Made by a program: the position numbers and the translations under genes. From NCBI GenBank assembly GCA_025056255.1, contig JANWVT010000006.1:118981-182980 (forward strand): DNA of 64,000 bases, given 5' to 3'. The stretch comes from Bernardetiaceae bacterium (GTDB taxonomy: Bacteria > Bacteroidota > Bacteroidia > Cytophagales > Thermoflexibacteraceae). The notes under the pieces were generated by a model, which worked only from the letters and a program-made list of their open reading frames with translations, was not told the DNA's origin and did not search any database. Shown in pieces: positions 55,522-64,000 of the stretch. Each line of letters begins with the position of its first letter. Position 1 is the stretch's first letter.

Positions 55522-56196
55522 TTAATGGATAGGTGCCAATAGCCGAGCTTTTTTGACCCAAGGCAAACTGCGAATGTAGTCCACCGTTAGGCTGCGAGGC
55601 GGCGAATCCATCTCTACAAAATGGCAAGCCAAGTCGTGTTTGCCTTTTCGCGAAACCGACATGGTAGCAATGTTGCAGTCTTCGTAAGCTAAAATACTGG
55701 CGATAAAGGCAATCGTACCTTTTATATCGTCAGCTAATAAAATGAGTGTGTGTAGCGTGGCGCTTAGGTTAGCCACAAATCCGTTTACTTCTTCTATACC
55801 GATAATGCCGCCTCCCTTGCTAATACCAATTAGCTCGAGCGACTCATCTCCGTGCCACAAGTTCAACTTAATGGTATTAGGATGTAGGGTAGAGGCGTTG
55901 CCAACCGCTTTAAACACATATTGCAGCCCTTGTGCTTGGGCATATTGAAACGAATCGCGAATGCGAATGTCGTCGGTTGGGAAGTCGAGCAAACCTGCAA
56001 TAATAGCACGGTCGCTGCCGTGTCCTTCATAGGTGCGGGCAAAGGAGTTGTAAAAAGTAATTTCTGCTCGTTGAGGAATATGTCCTAAGATGTGTGTGGC
56101 AGCACGCCCAATGCGCACCACTCCTGCCGTATGCGAACTGGAAGGACCTATCATTACAGGACCTATCATATCAAAAATACTGCTTCTCTCTGGCAT
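55522..56196 (-). CDS. sdaAB: L-serine ammonia-lyase (iron-sulfur dependent), beta subunit
   Basis: 224 aa. SIFDMIGPVMIGPSSSHTAGVVRIG, YEGHGSDRAIIAGLLDF and a C-terminal ACT-like domain. Confidence 0.85.
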   Translation of the reverse strand: MPERSSIFDMIGPVMIGPSSSHTAGVVRIGRAATHILGHIPQRAEITFYNSFARTYEGHGSDRAIIAGLLDFPTDDIRIRDSFQYAQAQGLQYVFKAVGNASTLHPNTIKLNLWHGDESLELIGISKGGGIIGIEEVNGFVANLSATLHTLILLADDIKGTIAFIASILAYEDCNIATMSVSRKGKHDLACHFVEMDSPPRSLTVDYIRSLPWVKKARLLAPIH

Positions 56197-56237
56197 GGTT
56201 GGTTGGGTGTTGTTCAGTAGAAAGTGGTATAAAGGGG

Positions 56238-57446
56238 TTAAATTTTGATGCCGTAATTTTTCAAGGTTTCACGGGCTACTACATACTGATGTACCTCGTC
56301 AGGACCGTCGTAGATGCGTGCGCCACGCTCGTGGCGATACCAAAACGATAGCAGCGTATCGTCTGTAATGCCTAATGCACCGTGTACTTGAATGGCTCGG
56401 TCAAGGACTTGCATGAGCACATTAGCAACAAAAAATTTAATAGTTGAAATTTCTACTCGTAAGGCATGTGTGCCTTTGCGGTCGATGCCTGCTGCGGTAT
56501 GCAATACCATTAGGCGGGCAGCGTTGATTTGTGCTCTGGATTCGGCTATCCAGCTTTGCACAATTTGCTTAGCGGCAATAGGGGTATTTTCCGATAGTTC
56601 GCGTTGGGCGGCGTAGCGGCACATCATATCAAAAGCACGCTCGCAGATGCCAATCCAACGCATGCAGTGGTGAATGCGCCCCGGACCGAGCCTTTCTTGC
56701 GCTAATTTAAAACCCTCCCCTTCGTTTCCTATCAGATGTTCAACTGGAACAGCACAGTTTTCGTAGCGCACCTCGCTATGACTCATGTAGCCACTACCTT
56801 CCTCGCCCATAATAGAAATTCGGCGCACATGTACAAAACCAGCTGTTTCCAAAGGGACAAGAATCATACTGGCACGAGCATGAGGGGCTGCCTTAGGATT
56901 GGTAATTGCCATTACAATGGCAAAAGCAGCACCGTCTGCCGAAGAGGTAAACCACTTATGCCCATTAATAATGTACTGGTTGCCAACTCGTTCGGCACGA
57001 GTAGCCATGCGTACTGGATTAGAGCCAGCAAATTCGGGCTCAGTCATGGAAAAACAAGAGCGAATCTGACCTGCTACCAGCGGTTGCAAGTATCGCTCTT
57101 TCAACACTGGCGAGGCATACTTGTGCAGCAACTCCATATTGCCAATGTCTGGTGCTTGACAGTTAAAGGCGTAATGCCCCAGTGGAGAGGTGCCCAAAAT
57201 TTCGCTTACTTGCCCAAACTCAACCAAGTTGAGCCCCATGCCGCCCTCTTCTTCTGGCAAGTGTGGAGCCCACAACCCCTCTGATTTTACTTTTTGGCGC
57301 AGCGCTGCCAACTCATTTTTTTCCAGTTCTGCATAGGGGCGTGTTAAAAATAGTTTTTCCAGTGGATATACTTCTTCGTGCATAAACGCGCGCAGGCGAG
57401 GAAGCAAAGTTTGTAGCTTGGGCGTAATAAAAAGGTCGGTCATCAT
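56238..57446 (-). CDS. Acyl-CoA dehydrogenase family protein
   Basis: 402 aa. FSMTEPEFAGSNP, the G.KWFTS block and the C-terminal IYDGPDEVH. Confidence 0.85.
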   Translation of the reverse strand: MMTDLFITPKLQTLLPRLRAFMHEEVYPLEKLFLTRPYAELEKNELAALRQKVKSEGLWAPHLPEEEGGMGLNLVEFGQVSEILGTSPLGHYAFNCQAPDIGNMELLHKYASPVLKERYLQPLVAGQIRSCFSMTEPEFAGSNPVRMATRAERVGNQYIINGHKWFTSSADGAAFAIVMAITNPKAAPHARASMILVPLETAGFVHVRRISIMGEEGSGYMSHSEVRYENCAVPVEHLIGNEGEGFKLAQERLGPGRIHHCMRWIGICERAFDMMCRYAAQRELSENTPIAAKQIVQSWIAESRAQINAARLMVLHTAAGIDRKGTHALRVEISTIKFFVANVLMQVLDRAIQVHGALGITDDTLLSFWYRHERGARIYDGPDEVHQYVVARETLKNYGIKI

Positions 57447-57493
57447 AGTGCATGATAGATAATCTCAAAGCTAAAATTTCAAAGCGTAAAATG

Positions 57494-58429
57494 TTAGCAT
57501 AAGCGGGTGAATAAAATGGGCAGAGCCACTAATTTATCCCACATGCCAAGCAAATTGATTTGCTGCAGTAGCTCATAAAAGCCACGTAGATTAGTCCAAT
57601 CGCCAGTGCGCAAGCATAGGCGCATCTGATAGCGTATCATACGGGCGAGTGCTTCATTTTCGGCAGTGTTGCAGTTTAACGCTGCTGCTTTTCGGCAAAC
57701 TTGCAAAGTAGTGTTTCTGTATAAGCTAAACCCCCTTTGATATATTTTTTTGCCATGCGAGCGGGGCAATTCTCGTTTAACAGTAGAAACAGAGTCTACA
57801 AACCAATATTGCCAACGACGGGCAGAACGCACCCAAAAATCATAGTCTTCGTACGATAATGTTTCGTCGTAGCCTCCCAGTTCGAGCAACACGCTGCGCC
57901 TCATCATCATAGTGGGAGCACAAACACAATACCGGTGCAGTAAATCTATGTACAAGTTGCCCGAAGGCACTTTTTCCAACAACTTGCCAGCCCGATTGCG
58001 CCGATAAAAGGTACGGCGTGGCGTACCGTTTTCATCGGCAAGCCATACGTCGGAAAACACTACTCCTACCTCAGGTGGAGCTTGGCAAAAGGCAGCCACC
58101 TGTTCGGCTATGCGCATGGGCAACAGCAAGTCATCGGCGGCATGGTCTATTACAAACTCGCCTGTGGCTAATGCCAGCCCACGATTGAATGCCTTGCAAT
58201 TGCCAATATTTTTGTCAATAAAGACAGTTTTAAGAACAATATCGCTAGGAATATGCTGCAACTTTTGCTGAATTTTTTGAACAGAATCATCACAGCTGCC
58301 ATCATCAACAACAATAAGTTCCAGTGGTCGGTAGGTTTGTGTAACAATAGAGTCAATGGCTGCTTGTACGTACTTGGCTTGATTGTGGCACAAGCAAATT
58401 ACCGAAACTGTGGGAGAATTGTTATACAT
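57494..58429 (-). CDS. Glycosyltransferase family 2
   Basis: VSVICLCHNQAKYVQAAIDSIVTQTYRPLELIVVDDGSCDDS. Start trimmed to Met105 of the 415-aa track ORF, whose extension overlaps murQ. Confidence 0.8.
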   Translation of the reverse strand: MYNNSPTVSVICLCHNQAKYVQAAIDSIVTQTYRPLELIVVDDGSCDDSVQKIQQKLQHIPSDIVLKTVFIDKNIGNCKAFNRGLALATGEFVIDHAADDLLLPMRIAEQVAAFCQAPPEVGVVFSDVWLADENGTPRRTFYRRNRAGKLLEKVPSGNLYIDLLHRYCVCAPTMMMRRSVLLELGGYDETLSYEDYDFWVRSARRWQYWFVDSVSTVKRELPRSHGKKIYQRGFSLYRNTTLQVCRKAAALNCNTAENEALARMIRYQMRLCLRTGDWTNLRGFYELLQQINLLGMWDKLVALPILFTRLC

Positions 58430-58477
58430 TTGTTTGTAAAAGGTGTTATACCCGAAAGTAAATCTCTTTTGTTGCCT

Positions 58478-59287
58478 ATGCAATCTGTTACCGAGTCGCA
58501 GTCGCACTATGACCATTTGGAAAAAATGAGTGTTCGCGAACTGCTGATAAATATCAACAAGGAAGACAAAACCGTTCCGTTTGCAGTGGAAAAAGCCATT
58601 CCGCAGTTGGAGGCACTCATTGTGGCTGTTGTGGAACGCATGAAACAAGGCGGACGTCTGTTCTACATAGGGGCTGGCACGAGCGGGCGCTTGGGTATTG
58701 TAGATGCTTCGGAGTGCCCACCTACCTATGGGGTAGAACACGGGCTTGTAGTAGGATTAATTGCCGGTGGCGATGCTGCTATTCGCAAAGCCGTAGAATT
58801 CGCTGAAGACGATTTCGAGCAAGCATGGAAAGACATTAGCGAGTATTTGCCTACCTCCTTGGATACAGTAATTGGTATTGCCGCCTCCGGACGCACGCCC
58901 TATGTAGTGGGTGGGCTAAGGGCTGCCCGTGCCCACGGCTTACTGACTGGCTGTATTGTGTGCAACCCTAACTCGCCAGTGGCTGCTGAGGCAGAGTTTC
59001 CTGTTGAAATTATTGTCGGTCCGGAGTTTGTAACTGGTAGCACACGCATGAAAAGTGGTACTGCCCAAAAACTTGCTCTTAACATGATTTCCACTTCGGT
59101 TATGATTCAGTTGGGCAGGGTGCGCGGCAACAAAATGGTGGATATGCAACTAAGCAATCATAAGTTAGTTGATAGAGGTACAAGAATGGTAATGACTCAG
59201 CTCAATATTAGCTACGAAGAAGCAGCCGCCTTACTTCAAAGATATGGTAGCGTTCGCAAAGCCATTGACAACTATCAAGCTACTTGA
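58478..59287 (+). CDS. murQ: N-acetylmuramic acid 6-phosphate etherase
   Basis: SIS domain. TESQSHYDHLEKMSVRELL, GAGTSGRLG and GSTRMKSGTAQK. Start trimmed to Met76 of the track ORF. Confidence 0.85.
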   Translation: MQSVTESQSHYDHLEKMSVRELLININKEDKTVPFAVEKAIPQLEALIVAVVERMKQGGRLFYIGAGTSGRLGIVDASECPPTYGVEHGLVVGLIAGGDAAIRKAVEFAEDDFEQAWKDISEYLPTSLDTVIGIAASGRTPYVVGGLRAARAHGLLTGCIVCNPNSPVAAEAEFPVEIIVGPEFVTGSTRMKSGTAQKLALNMISTSVMIQLGRVRGNKMVDMQLSNHKLVDRGTRMVMTQLNISYEEAAALLQRYGSVRKAIDNYQAT

Positions 59288-59646
59288 TTGTTCAACTCAG
59301 CATAGTATTTTTGCTTATCTGTCAAAATTTGAATCAGTTCACGGGTTTGCTTCTCTAATTGTTGCTGAGAAGCGGCGATGTCTTGTGTGTTTTCGTTTTT
59401 GTTGAGCTGATGGAGTAGGTGTGTTTGCGCGTCTAATAAAAAGAAGGCTTCCAGTGTATTAATCAATGAGCGCACCTTGTGATTGAGAAAGCGATATGCT
59501 GCTACGTCTTTTTGGGAAATAATATCTGGTAATTGCTGCAAGTAATCTTCTAATTCTACGATGTACATGCCCAAAAGGTCATGTGCAAAGGATTTATCTT
59601 GCATCGTAACTTTTTCAAATTTACTGAATGAAATCTCCATTGCCAA
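59275..59646 (-). CDS. HPt (histidine phosphotransfer) domain-like protein
   Basis: 123 aa, all-helical. Candidate phospho-His in FLNHKVRSL. The 3' end overlaps the murQ end by 13 nt (convergent). Confidence 0.5.
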   Translation of the reverse strand: MAMEISFSKFEKVTMQDKSFAHDLLGMYIVELEDYLQQLPDIISQKDVAAYRFLNHKVRSLINTLEAFFLLDAQTHLLHQLNKNENTQDIAASQQQLEKQTRELIQILTDKQKYYAELNNQVA

Positions 59647-59742
59647 TCGAGATGTACGTTTAAGCTTAAAGGTACAACGAAAATTTGATGAAATCTGTAT
59701 ATCGAGAAGCCAAAAATTATTTGGCTTAACTTTGCTACATTA

Positions 59743-61344
59743 ATGATTGCAATGAAAAAGATTGTCGAGCTTGTACTGCCTCCCGAAATAGCCTTTGATA
59801 ATCAGGCATTTGAACAATACATTGCCCGGAAAGGTCAGTGGCAACAAGCCTTAGCAGAAGGCAAGTTAATAGTGCGGATGTTGCGCCGCTCTATTGATGC
59901 GCGTGCTAAACAAATTAAGGTAAATGTTAGTGCAGCTGTTTACCTCAATGAAACCCCTGAGCCACTGATCGGTTATGCGCGCAATTATCCTGATGTGAGT
60001 CGTTCGCCGCAGGCTATCATTGTAGGGGCAGGTCCGGCGGGTATGTTTGCTGCATTGCGCTTAATTGAATTGGGCATTAAACCTATTCTGATAGAACGCG
60101 GCAAAGATGTACGCGCGCGCCGACGCGACTTAGCCGCTATCAACAAAGACCATATAGTCAATCCCGAGTCAAACTATTGTTTTGGAGAAGGCGGTGCGGG
60201 AACGTATTCCGACGGAAAACTTTACACCCGTTCTAAAAAGAGAGGCGATTTTCGCCGCATTTTGGAAATTTTTGTTGCACATGGTGCTAATCCGGAAATT
60301 TTGGTAGACGCACATCCACACATTGGCACTAACAAACTGCCTGCTATTGTTACTAATATTCGCGAAAGCATCTTGCAGGCAGGTGGCGAAATCTACTTCA
60401 ACACCAAAGTAACCGACTTGCTGATTACTAACAACCGAATAAAGGGGGTGCAACTACACAACGGAAGCACCGTAGAGGGCATCGGCGTGATTTTAGCAAC
60501 TGGACACTCGGCGCGCGATATTTTCTACCTTTTGCACCACCGAAATATTTTGATAGAGCCTAAACCTTTTGCTTTGGGCGTTCGTGTGGAACATCCTCAG
60601 GCACTCATAGACCGCTGTCAATATCACTGTGAAACGCGCAGCGACTTTTTGCCTGCTGCTTCGTATTCCTTAGTGAGCCAAATTGCCTATCAAGGCATAA
60701 CCAAAGGCGTGTTTTCTTTTTGCATGTGCCCGGGCGGATTTATTGTTCCGGCAGCTACTGCCCCCGGCGAAGTAGTAGTAAATGGCATGTCCCCTTCTAG
60801 GCGCAACTCCCGCTTTGCCAATTCGGGAATAGTAGTTGCCATTGACCAAGAGGACTTAGCTCCCTATGCCCAGTACGGAGCATTGGCGGGTATGATGTTC
60901 CAGCGCGAAATAGAGCAGCGCGCTTGCCAAATTGCCGGCGGTAACCAAACCGCTCCCGCACAAAGATTGATGGACTTTGTCAATCGAAAAGTATCCGACT
61001 CGCTGCCCGAATGCTCATATCAGCCCGGCTTAGCAGCTGTGGAGATGGAGGCAGTATTGCCTAAACAAATTGCCTACCGGTTGCGCGAAGGGTTCAAGCA
61101 GTTTGGCAAAAAAATGAAAGGTTACTTAACCAACGAGGCACAAATAGTAGGGGTAGAAAGCCGCACCTCTTCGCCCGTGCGCATTCCGCGCCACCTACCC
61201 ACCTTAGAGCATCCGCAAATTGCAGGGCTTTTTCCCTGTGGAGAAGGGGCTGGTTATGCAGGCGGCATTGCCTCGGCAGCTATGGACGGTGAACGATGTG
61301 CCGAAATGCTGGCTGCCCAATACGCCCGCCAAATACGTGTTTGA
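59743..61344 (+). CDS. FAD-dependent oxidoreductase (COG2509-like)
   Basis: 533 aa. Dinucleotide fold IIVGAGPAGMFAA, GEGGAGTYSDGKL and C-terminal GEGAGYAGGI. Confidence 0.7.
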   Translation: MIAMKKIVELVLPPEIAFDNQAFEQYIARKGQWQQALAEGKLIVRMLRRSIDARAKQIKVNVSAAVYLNETPEPLIGYARNYPDVSRSPQAIIVGAGPAGMFAALRLIELGIKPILIERGKDVRARRRDLAAINKDHIVNPESNYCFGEGGAGTYSDGKLYTRSKKRGDFRRILEIFVAHGANPEILVDAHPHIGTNKLPAIVTNIRESILQAGGEIYFNTKVTDLLITNNRIKGVQLHNGSTVEGIGVILATGHSARDIFYLLHHRNILIEPKPFALGVRVEHPQALIDRCQYHCETRSDFLPAASYSLVSQIAYQGITKGVFSFCMCPGGFIVPAATAPGEVVVNGMSPSRRNSRFANSGIVVAIDQEDLAPYAQYGALAGMMFQREIEQRACQIAGGNQTAPAQRLMDFVNRKVSDSLPECSYQPGLAAVEMEAVLPKQIAYRLREGFKQFGKKMKGYLTNEAQIVGVESRTSSPVRIPRHLPTLEHPQIAGLFPCGEGAGYAGGIASAAMDGERCAEMLAAQYARQIRV

Positions 61345-61578
61345 GCTTTGCGGCTAAGCTGCAAGCCAACAAAGGAATCAGCTTTTGGCTCATGCTCTTA
61401 GGTGTAAGGACATTTTTTACCAAATCTTTTCTTTTCGTGTTTTCTGCAAATGTTGCCATAGAAGTTTACCACCAAGGCAAAAGAAAAATGCATCAGGAGT
61501 TTTGCAGCAGAGCAATTCATTTCAAGCAAAGTGTGATTTAGTTTTGCACAAGTAGTTCAATCCACTTCACCTGTCAAC

Positions 61579-62103
61579 ATGAGTGCTGCTACCAGCCTTA
61601 CTCACTTACTACTGGGCACTAACATGGGCAATCGTTGTGGCTATCTGCAGTTTGCCCAAGAAATGATTCAGCAGAACATAGGCACTATTTGCCGTTATTC
61701 TCCTGTCTACGAAACAAGCCCTTGGGGATACACCCAACAAGCCGATTTTTTGAATCAAGCCCTTGTAGTGCAAACTCACTGCTCCCCTGAACAATTGCTA
61801 ACCCTGCTGCAAGAAATTGAAACAAAAGCCGGCAGGCAACGCCTGATGCACTGGGGACCGCGCACCTTAGACATAGATATTATTGCCATTGAAAACAAAG
61901 TGATTTGCTCTGAACGGCTGCAAGTACCGCATCCCGCTTTGGCACAGCGTCGTTTTGTGTTACAGCCCCTTGCCGAAATTGCCCCTGAATGGCAGCATCC
62001 TCTCAGTCGCCTCACTTACAGGCAGATGCTGGCAAGCTGCCGGGATAACACCATAGTAAAAAAATACGATTGCCCGCTCATTTTTGATTGTAAAAGAATT
62101 TAG
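61579..62103 (+). CDS. folK: 2-amino-4-hydroxy-6-hydroxymethyldihydropteridine diphosphokinase
   Basis: 174 aa. HPPK motifs: LLLGTNMGN, YETSPWGY, GPRTLDIDI and LQVPHP...R.FVL.PL. Confidence 0.85.
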   Translation: MSAATSLTHLLLGTNMGNRCGYLQFAQEMIQQNIGTICRYSPVYETSPWGYTQQADFLNQALVVQTHCSPEQLLTLLQEIETKAGRQRLMHWGPRTLDIDIIAIENKVICSERLQVPHPALAQRRFVLQPLAEIAPEWQHPLSRLTYRQMLASCRDNTIVKKYDCPLIFDCKRI

Positions 62104-62133
62104 ATATAAATTGCGAGTAAATTTTCCAATAGG

Positions 62134-62706
62134 ATGAACGCTAACGAGCAACCTTTTAGCATCCATCAGTTCTACAGTCAATTAAAACATCACCACCTCT
62201 CTATGGTGGCACAAGGTCTGATTTCGCAAGACATCCTTTCCCTAATTGCATTAAGCCTTAAAAGAAGACCAGACAACGAAGTGGTGGCGCGCAGGTTGTT
62301 CGCTATTGTGGTAGAACTTTCCCAAAACATCTTCCACTATTCAGCTATTAAAGAATTTTCGGTTAAAGACCAGCGCGAGATAGGGGTTGGTATTGTGGCA
62401 GTAGGCGAATCAGATACGCATTATGTAGTAGCCTCAGGAAATGTCGCCAAACGCGAAAGTGCGCTATTTGTTGCTCAGCAGTGCGACTATATCAATCAAC
62501 TCGACTCAGAAGCACTCCGACAATACTATCGCGAGCAACGCCGCAAACCTATTCGCGAGGGAAGCATGGGTGGCAGCATCGGATTGATTGAAATTGTACG
62601 CAAATCGGGCAACCCTATTCGCTATGAAGTGATCCCCTTAGAAGATGGCAACGTATTTCTCATTTTTGTTGCATCGGTTAGCAAAGCCCGCTCCTATGCT
62701 GACTGA
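62134..62706 (+). CDS. SiaB-like small protein kinase (DUF6272-type, GHKL-like fold)
   Basis: 190 aa. The size, the position directly upstream of a DUF1987 gene, and blocks (VVELSQNIFHYS..., GIVAVGESDTHYVVASGN, GGSIGLIEIVRKSG) fit my recollection of the family. Confidence 0.6.
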   Translation: MNANEQPFSIHQFYSQLKHHHLSMVAQGLISQDILSLIALSLKRRPDNEVVARRLFAIVVELSQNIFHYSAIKEFSVKDQREIGVGIVAVGESDTHYVVASGNVAKRESALFVAQQCDYINQLDSEALRQYYREQRRKPIREGSMGGSIGLIEIVRKSGNPIRYEVIPLEDGNVFLIFVASVSKARSYAD

Positions 62707-62769
62707 TAAATAAAAACCCTTGCACTTCTTAAATTTCTTGTAGGCAATGTGACGGAAACATACACATCT

Positions 62770-63153
62770 ATGGAAAACTTTTTCATCAGTGCAGACACTT
62801 TCATTCCGGAAATCAACTTCAATGCCCAAACGGGTGAACTGAACATCAGTGGTGAGTCGTATCACGAATATACCTTAGAGTTTTATCAACCTGTTTTCAA
62901 CTGGCTAACAGAATACTTAAAAACACCGGGCAGAAATATTGTGCTCAATTTTCGCATGACGTATTACAACACCAGCACCTCCCGCCGTTTTTTGGAATTG
63001 TTTGATATGTTAGAAGACTATCAGCAGCAAGGCAAAGGAACGGTTACGGTCAATTGGTACTACAAACCCGACGACATAGACATGAAAGAAAGTGGAGAGG
63101 AATATGCTGACGATGTGTCCCTTAGGTTTAATTTAATACCCTTAGAACATTGA
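62770..63153 (+). CDS. DUF1987 / SiaC-family regulatory phosphoprotein
   Basis: TFIPEINFNAQTGELNISGESYHEYTLEFYQPVFNWL...YYNTSTSRRFLELFDML...VNWYY..DDIDMKESGEEY is the classic DUF1987 layout. Start set to the first ATG. Confidence 0.7.
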   Translation: MENFFISADTFIPEINFNAQTGELNISGESYHEYTLEFYQPVFNWLTEYLKTPGRNIVLNFRMTYYNTSTSRRFLELFDMLEDYQQQGKGTVTVNWYYKPDDIDMKESGEEYADDVSLRFNLIPLEH

Positions 63154-63157
63154 GCAG

Positions 63158-64000
63158 CTAATAGTTCACCATTAACCAGCCAGCCAAAATACCTGCTGCA
63201 ACAATCAAAGGAGCAGAAATGCGCGTACATTGTAACAACAAGAACGTTATTGCTGCTACACTAATGTTAAGGCTGGTGTGGGGTACTGGTTCCCAAAGCA
63301 AAAATACGGCAGCTATTGCCAATCCTGCACTGGCGGCATAGATGCCTTCTAAGGAAGCCTTCACAGGGCGATACTTTTTGAGTTGTTCCCAAAACGGATA
63401 AGCAAAAAAAATAAACAAAGTGCCGGGTAGATTAATGCCAATAGTTGCCATTAAGCTGCCCAAAATCATGCCTGCTATGCCCTGATGCCGCATAGTAAGT
63501 GCACCAATGTATCCGGCAAACGAAAATACCGGACCGGGCACTACTTGCAGCAAGGCATAGCCCGAAATAAATTCTGCCGAAGATAGATAGTGTTTAAAGG
63601 CAACAAACTCGTTGTACAGCACTGGCACCAGCACTTGCCCGCCACCAAAAACCAAAGCACCGTTGCGATAAAAATTTTCCAGTAGCCGAATAGGCAGCAA
63701 GCGCGTAATGCCGCCCAAAGCAGCAATTCCTACAAATAACACGACAAATAAAATCAAATATTTCCATTTCACGGTAAAGGCTGTTTTCTCCTCTCTCACG
63801 AAGTCTCTGTATTTCAACGAGGTAGCTACTCCGGAAAGCACCATCAGCACAGGCAACAAAAAAGGAGTGCGCAGAAAGTAAGCTGCTACTGCCGCAATGA
63901 GCATAATTAGCACAGCCTCGCGTGTTTGTACTAACTTGCGTACAATAACCCAACCGGCATGTGCTACTAACCCCACGGCAATAGGTTGCATGAGCTGGGT
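63158..64000 (-). CDS. chrA: Chromate transporter (CHR family), C-terminal part; 5' end beyond the window
   Basis: Multi-pass membrane protein. ALLQVVPGPVFSFAGYIG is a CHR motif. The reading frame stays open to the window edge upstream of the track's Met. Confidence 0.75.
   Translation of the reverse strand, partial: TQLMQPIAVGLVAHAGWVIVRKLVQTREAVLIMLIAAVAAYFLRTPFLLPVLMVLSGVATSLKYRDFVREEKTAFTVKWKYLILFVVLFVGIAALGGITRLLPIRLLENFYRNGALVFGGGQVLVPVLYNEFVAFKHYLSSAEFISGYALLQVVPGPVFSFAGYIGALTMRHQGIAGMILGSLMATIGINLPGTLFIFFAYPFWEQLKKYRPVKASLEGIYAASAGLAIAAVFLLWEPVPHTSLNISVAAITFLLLQCTRISAPLIVAAGILAGWLMVNY

Noticed and set aside
57494-59287. Long versions of the GT2 (415 aa) and MurQ (344 aa) ORFs, which overlap each other by about 490 nt on opposite strands
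   Set aside because: The conserved N-termini begin at internal Met codons (58429 for GT2, 58478 for MurQ). The extensions have random-looking composition, and trimming removes the overlap.
1-64000. Scan for tRNA, rRNA, riboswitches, prophage, restriction-modification, toxin-antitoxin or known anti-phage defence genes
   Set aside because: I saw no T-loop or anticodon-arm-like sequence, no rRNA, and no recognisable riboswitch upstream of the biosynthetic genes. No ORF carries hallmark motifs of these systems. This was a visual scan only, not a covariance-model search.

Overview
This is a dense, mostly housekeeping chromosomal segment with about 58 well-supported CDS plus 2 speculative small ORFs. 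Gene content (DUF4837, DUF1080, PpiD-like parvulin, OmpA/PD40 protein, SufCD, Lon, Der), the absence of Shine-Dalgarno motifs and TAnnTTTG-like -7 boxes point to a Bacteroidota genome; this is inference. I saw no rRNA or tRNA, no CRISPR/cas, and no integrase, transposase, phage, restriction-modification or toxin-antitoxin genes. Product names come from motifs read in the translated ORFs. No database search was run, so family names are expert recognition, not hits.

I did not find a classical multi-gene defence or mobile system. The findings worth a second look are:
1. A modular intergenic repeat family. It combines 7-nt phased GGA heptads, a 29-nt CCGCCTTCCGC..CACATTCGAAAT core and conserved hairpin arms, and two copies end in an intrinsic terminator. 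It occurs at 6440-6770, 9781-10112, 43455-43660 (inverted) and 49981-50321, with a solo arm at 39427-39458. It could be a structured ncRNA or a MITE-like family. Two inverted copies bracket a 6.3-kb four-gene block.
2. A monocistronic 471-aa protein (15762-17177). It fuses a cNMP-binding domain to a ParA/MinD-like fold that has lost both Walker-A lysines, followed by an unassigned C-terminal module.
3. An orphan SiaB-kinase / SiaC (DUF1987) partner-switch pair (62134-63153) with no phosphatase or diguanylate cyclase nearby.
4. An ArsR / persulfide dioxygenase-rhodanese / SQR sulfide module whose two promoters share a 15-nt box.
5. Several subunits separated from their usual partners: nuoD coupled to a glycosyltransferase, sufCD without sufB/S, sdaAB alone, and a Tat-signal TRAP binding protein alone.
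6. An orphan strong terminator that suggests a roughly 100-nt sRNA (20387-20498).
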